Assembly (NCBI GenBank): GCA_964016885.1 | Contig: OZ024760.1 | Span: 7,006,001-7,070,000, forward strand | Source: Eledone cirrhosa | Taxonomy: Eukaryota | DNA length: 64,000 bases | Reading direction: 5' to 3' | Shown: positions 63,396 through 64,000 of the stretch, piece after piece | How positions within the stretch are numbered: the stretch's first letter is position 1 | Layout: each line of letters begins with the position of its first letter | The notes under the pieces: generated by a model | What the model was told of the DNA's origin: nothing | Databases searched by the model: none | What the model saw: the letters and a program-made list of their open reading frames with translations, nothing else | Made by a program: the position numbers and the translations under genes

Positions 63396-64000
63396 TGGTG
63401 GGGGAGGGCATCCAGCCGTAAAAACCTCGCCAAAACAATATATGAACAAGACATGGTCACTTATTTAGTCCAGCCACAATCCTTGGCCACCTGATTAGTC
63501 CAGCATCAAATCATGGTCACCTGATTAGCCAGCCTCCGTCTGTGAAGCAACAACTCCTCTCTTTATGACATCTGCTGTAAGAAACAGCCATGGAGCTTAT
63601 ATTCAGGGTATAGCCCTTGTCAAGACTAAACTGTCCCCTTTTCTTTTTGTCTACCAGGAAAGTTGATGAATACATTTTGTGGCCACCCATGCCCCCTCTA
63701 GTTACCAACACTGCCAAAACTGGCTCTGATTCTATGAAATAAAACCACCCATTTTAAAGGTTTCTAATTTAAATTAAAATCTTCCAACATAATTTTATAT
63801 AAGAGCCTTATGTTAAGTTACCATCTTAGTAATGAAGTAATTAATAATTTTAGTAAATCCCACAAAATTCTTTTCTTCACTCACATATTCCTGAGGGGGT
63901 TGTGGGGGTGGAGTCCTTAAACACTCCCTCTAGTGGGTCCTGTCAGAAACGGCCGTCTCCAACTGATCTGGCTGGGTCTACCCTTGGGTCTCCTACCTGG

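Overview
AT-rich, microsatellite-saturated animal genomic DNA with no host protein-coding exon I can support. The SINE set suggests an octopod cephalopod (inference). Nearly all long ORFs in the track are translations of (TA)n/(CA)n/triplet repeats. Real coding sequence is limited to non-LTR retrotransposon debris: Tx1/L1, CRE-type RLE, RTE and CR1. Other elements are a young tRNA-derived SINE with TSDs, a Merlin-like foldback element, hAT-, pogo-, mariner- and piggyBac-like MITEs, a Helitron and several minisatellites. A ~5 kb duplication straddles a 200-N gap and is probably allelic. The main hidden signal is about ten complete or near-complete type I hammerhead ribozyme (HHR) motifs plus several half-motifs, from many sequence-unrelated families. 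Most have a palindromic helix III and sit in or beside (TA)n tracts. Several are folded back into inverted repeats at the ribozyme helices, and many tails share a YTGAGYRYTYY motif. This fits Penelope-like element (PLE) pseudo-LTR or retrozyme-like modules that target TA microsatellites. All folds were read by eye and are untested.
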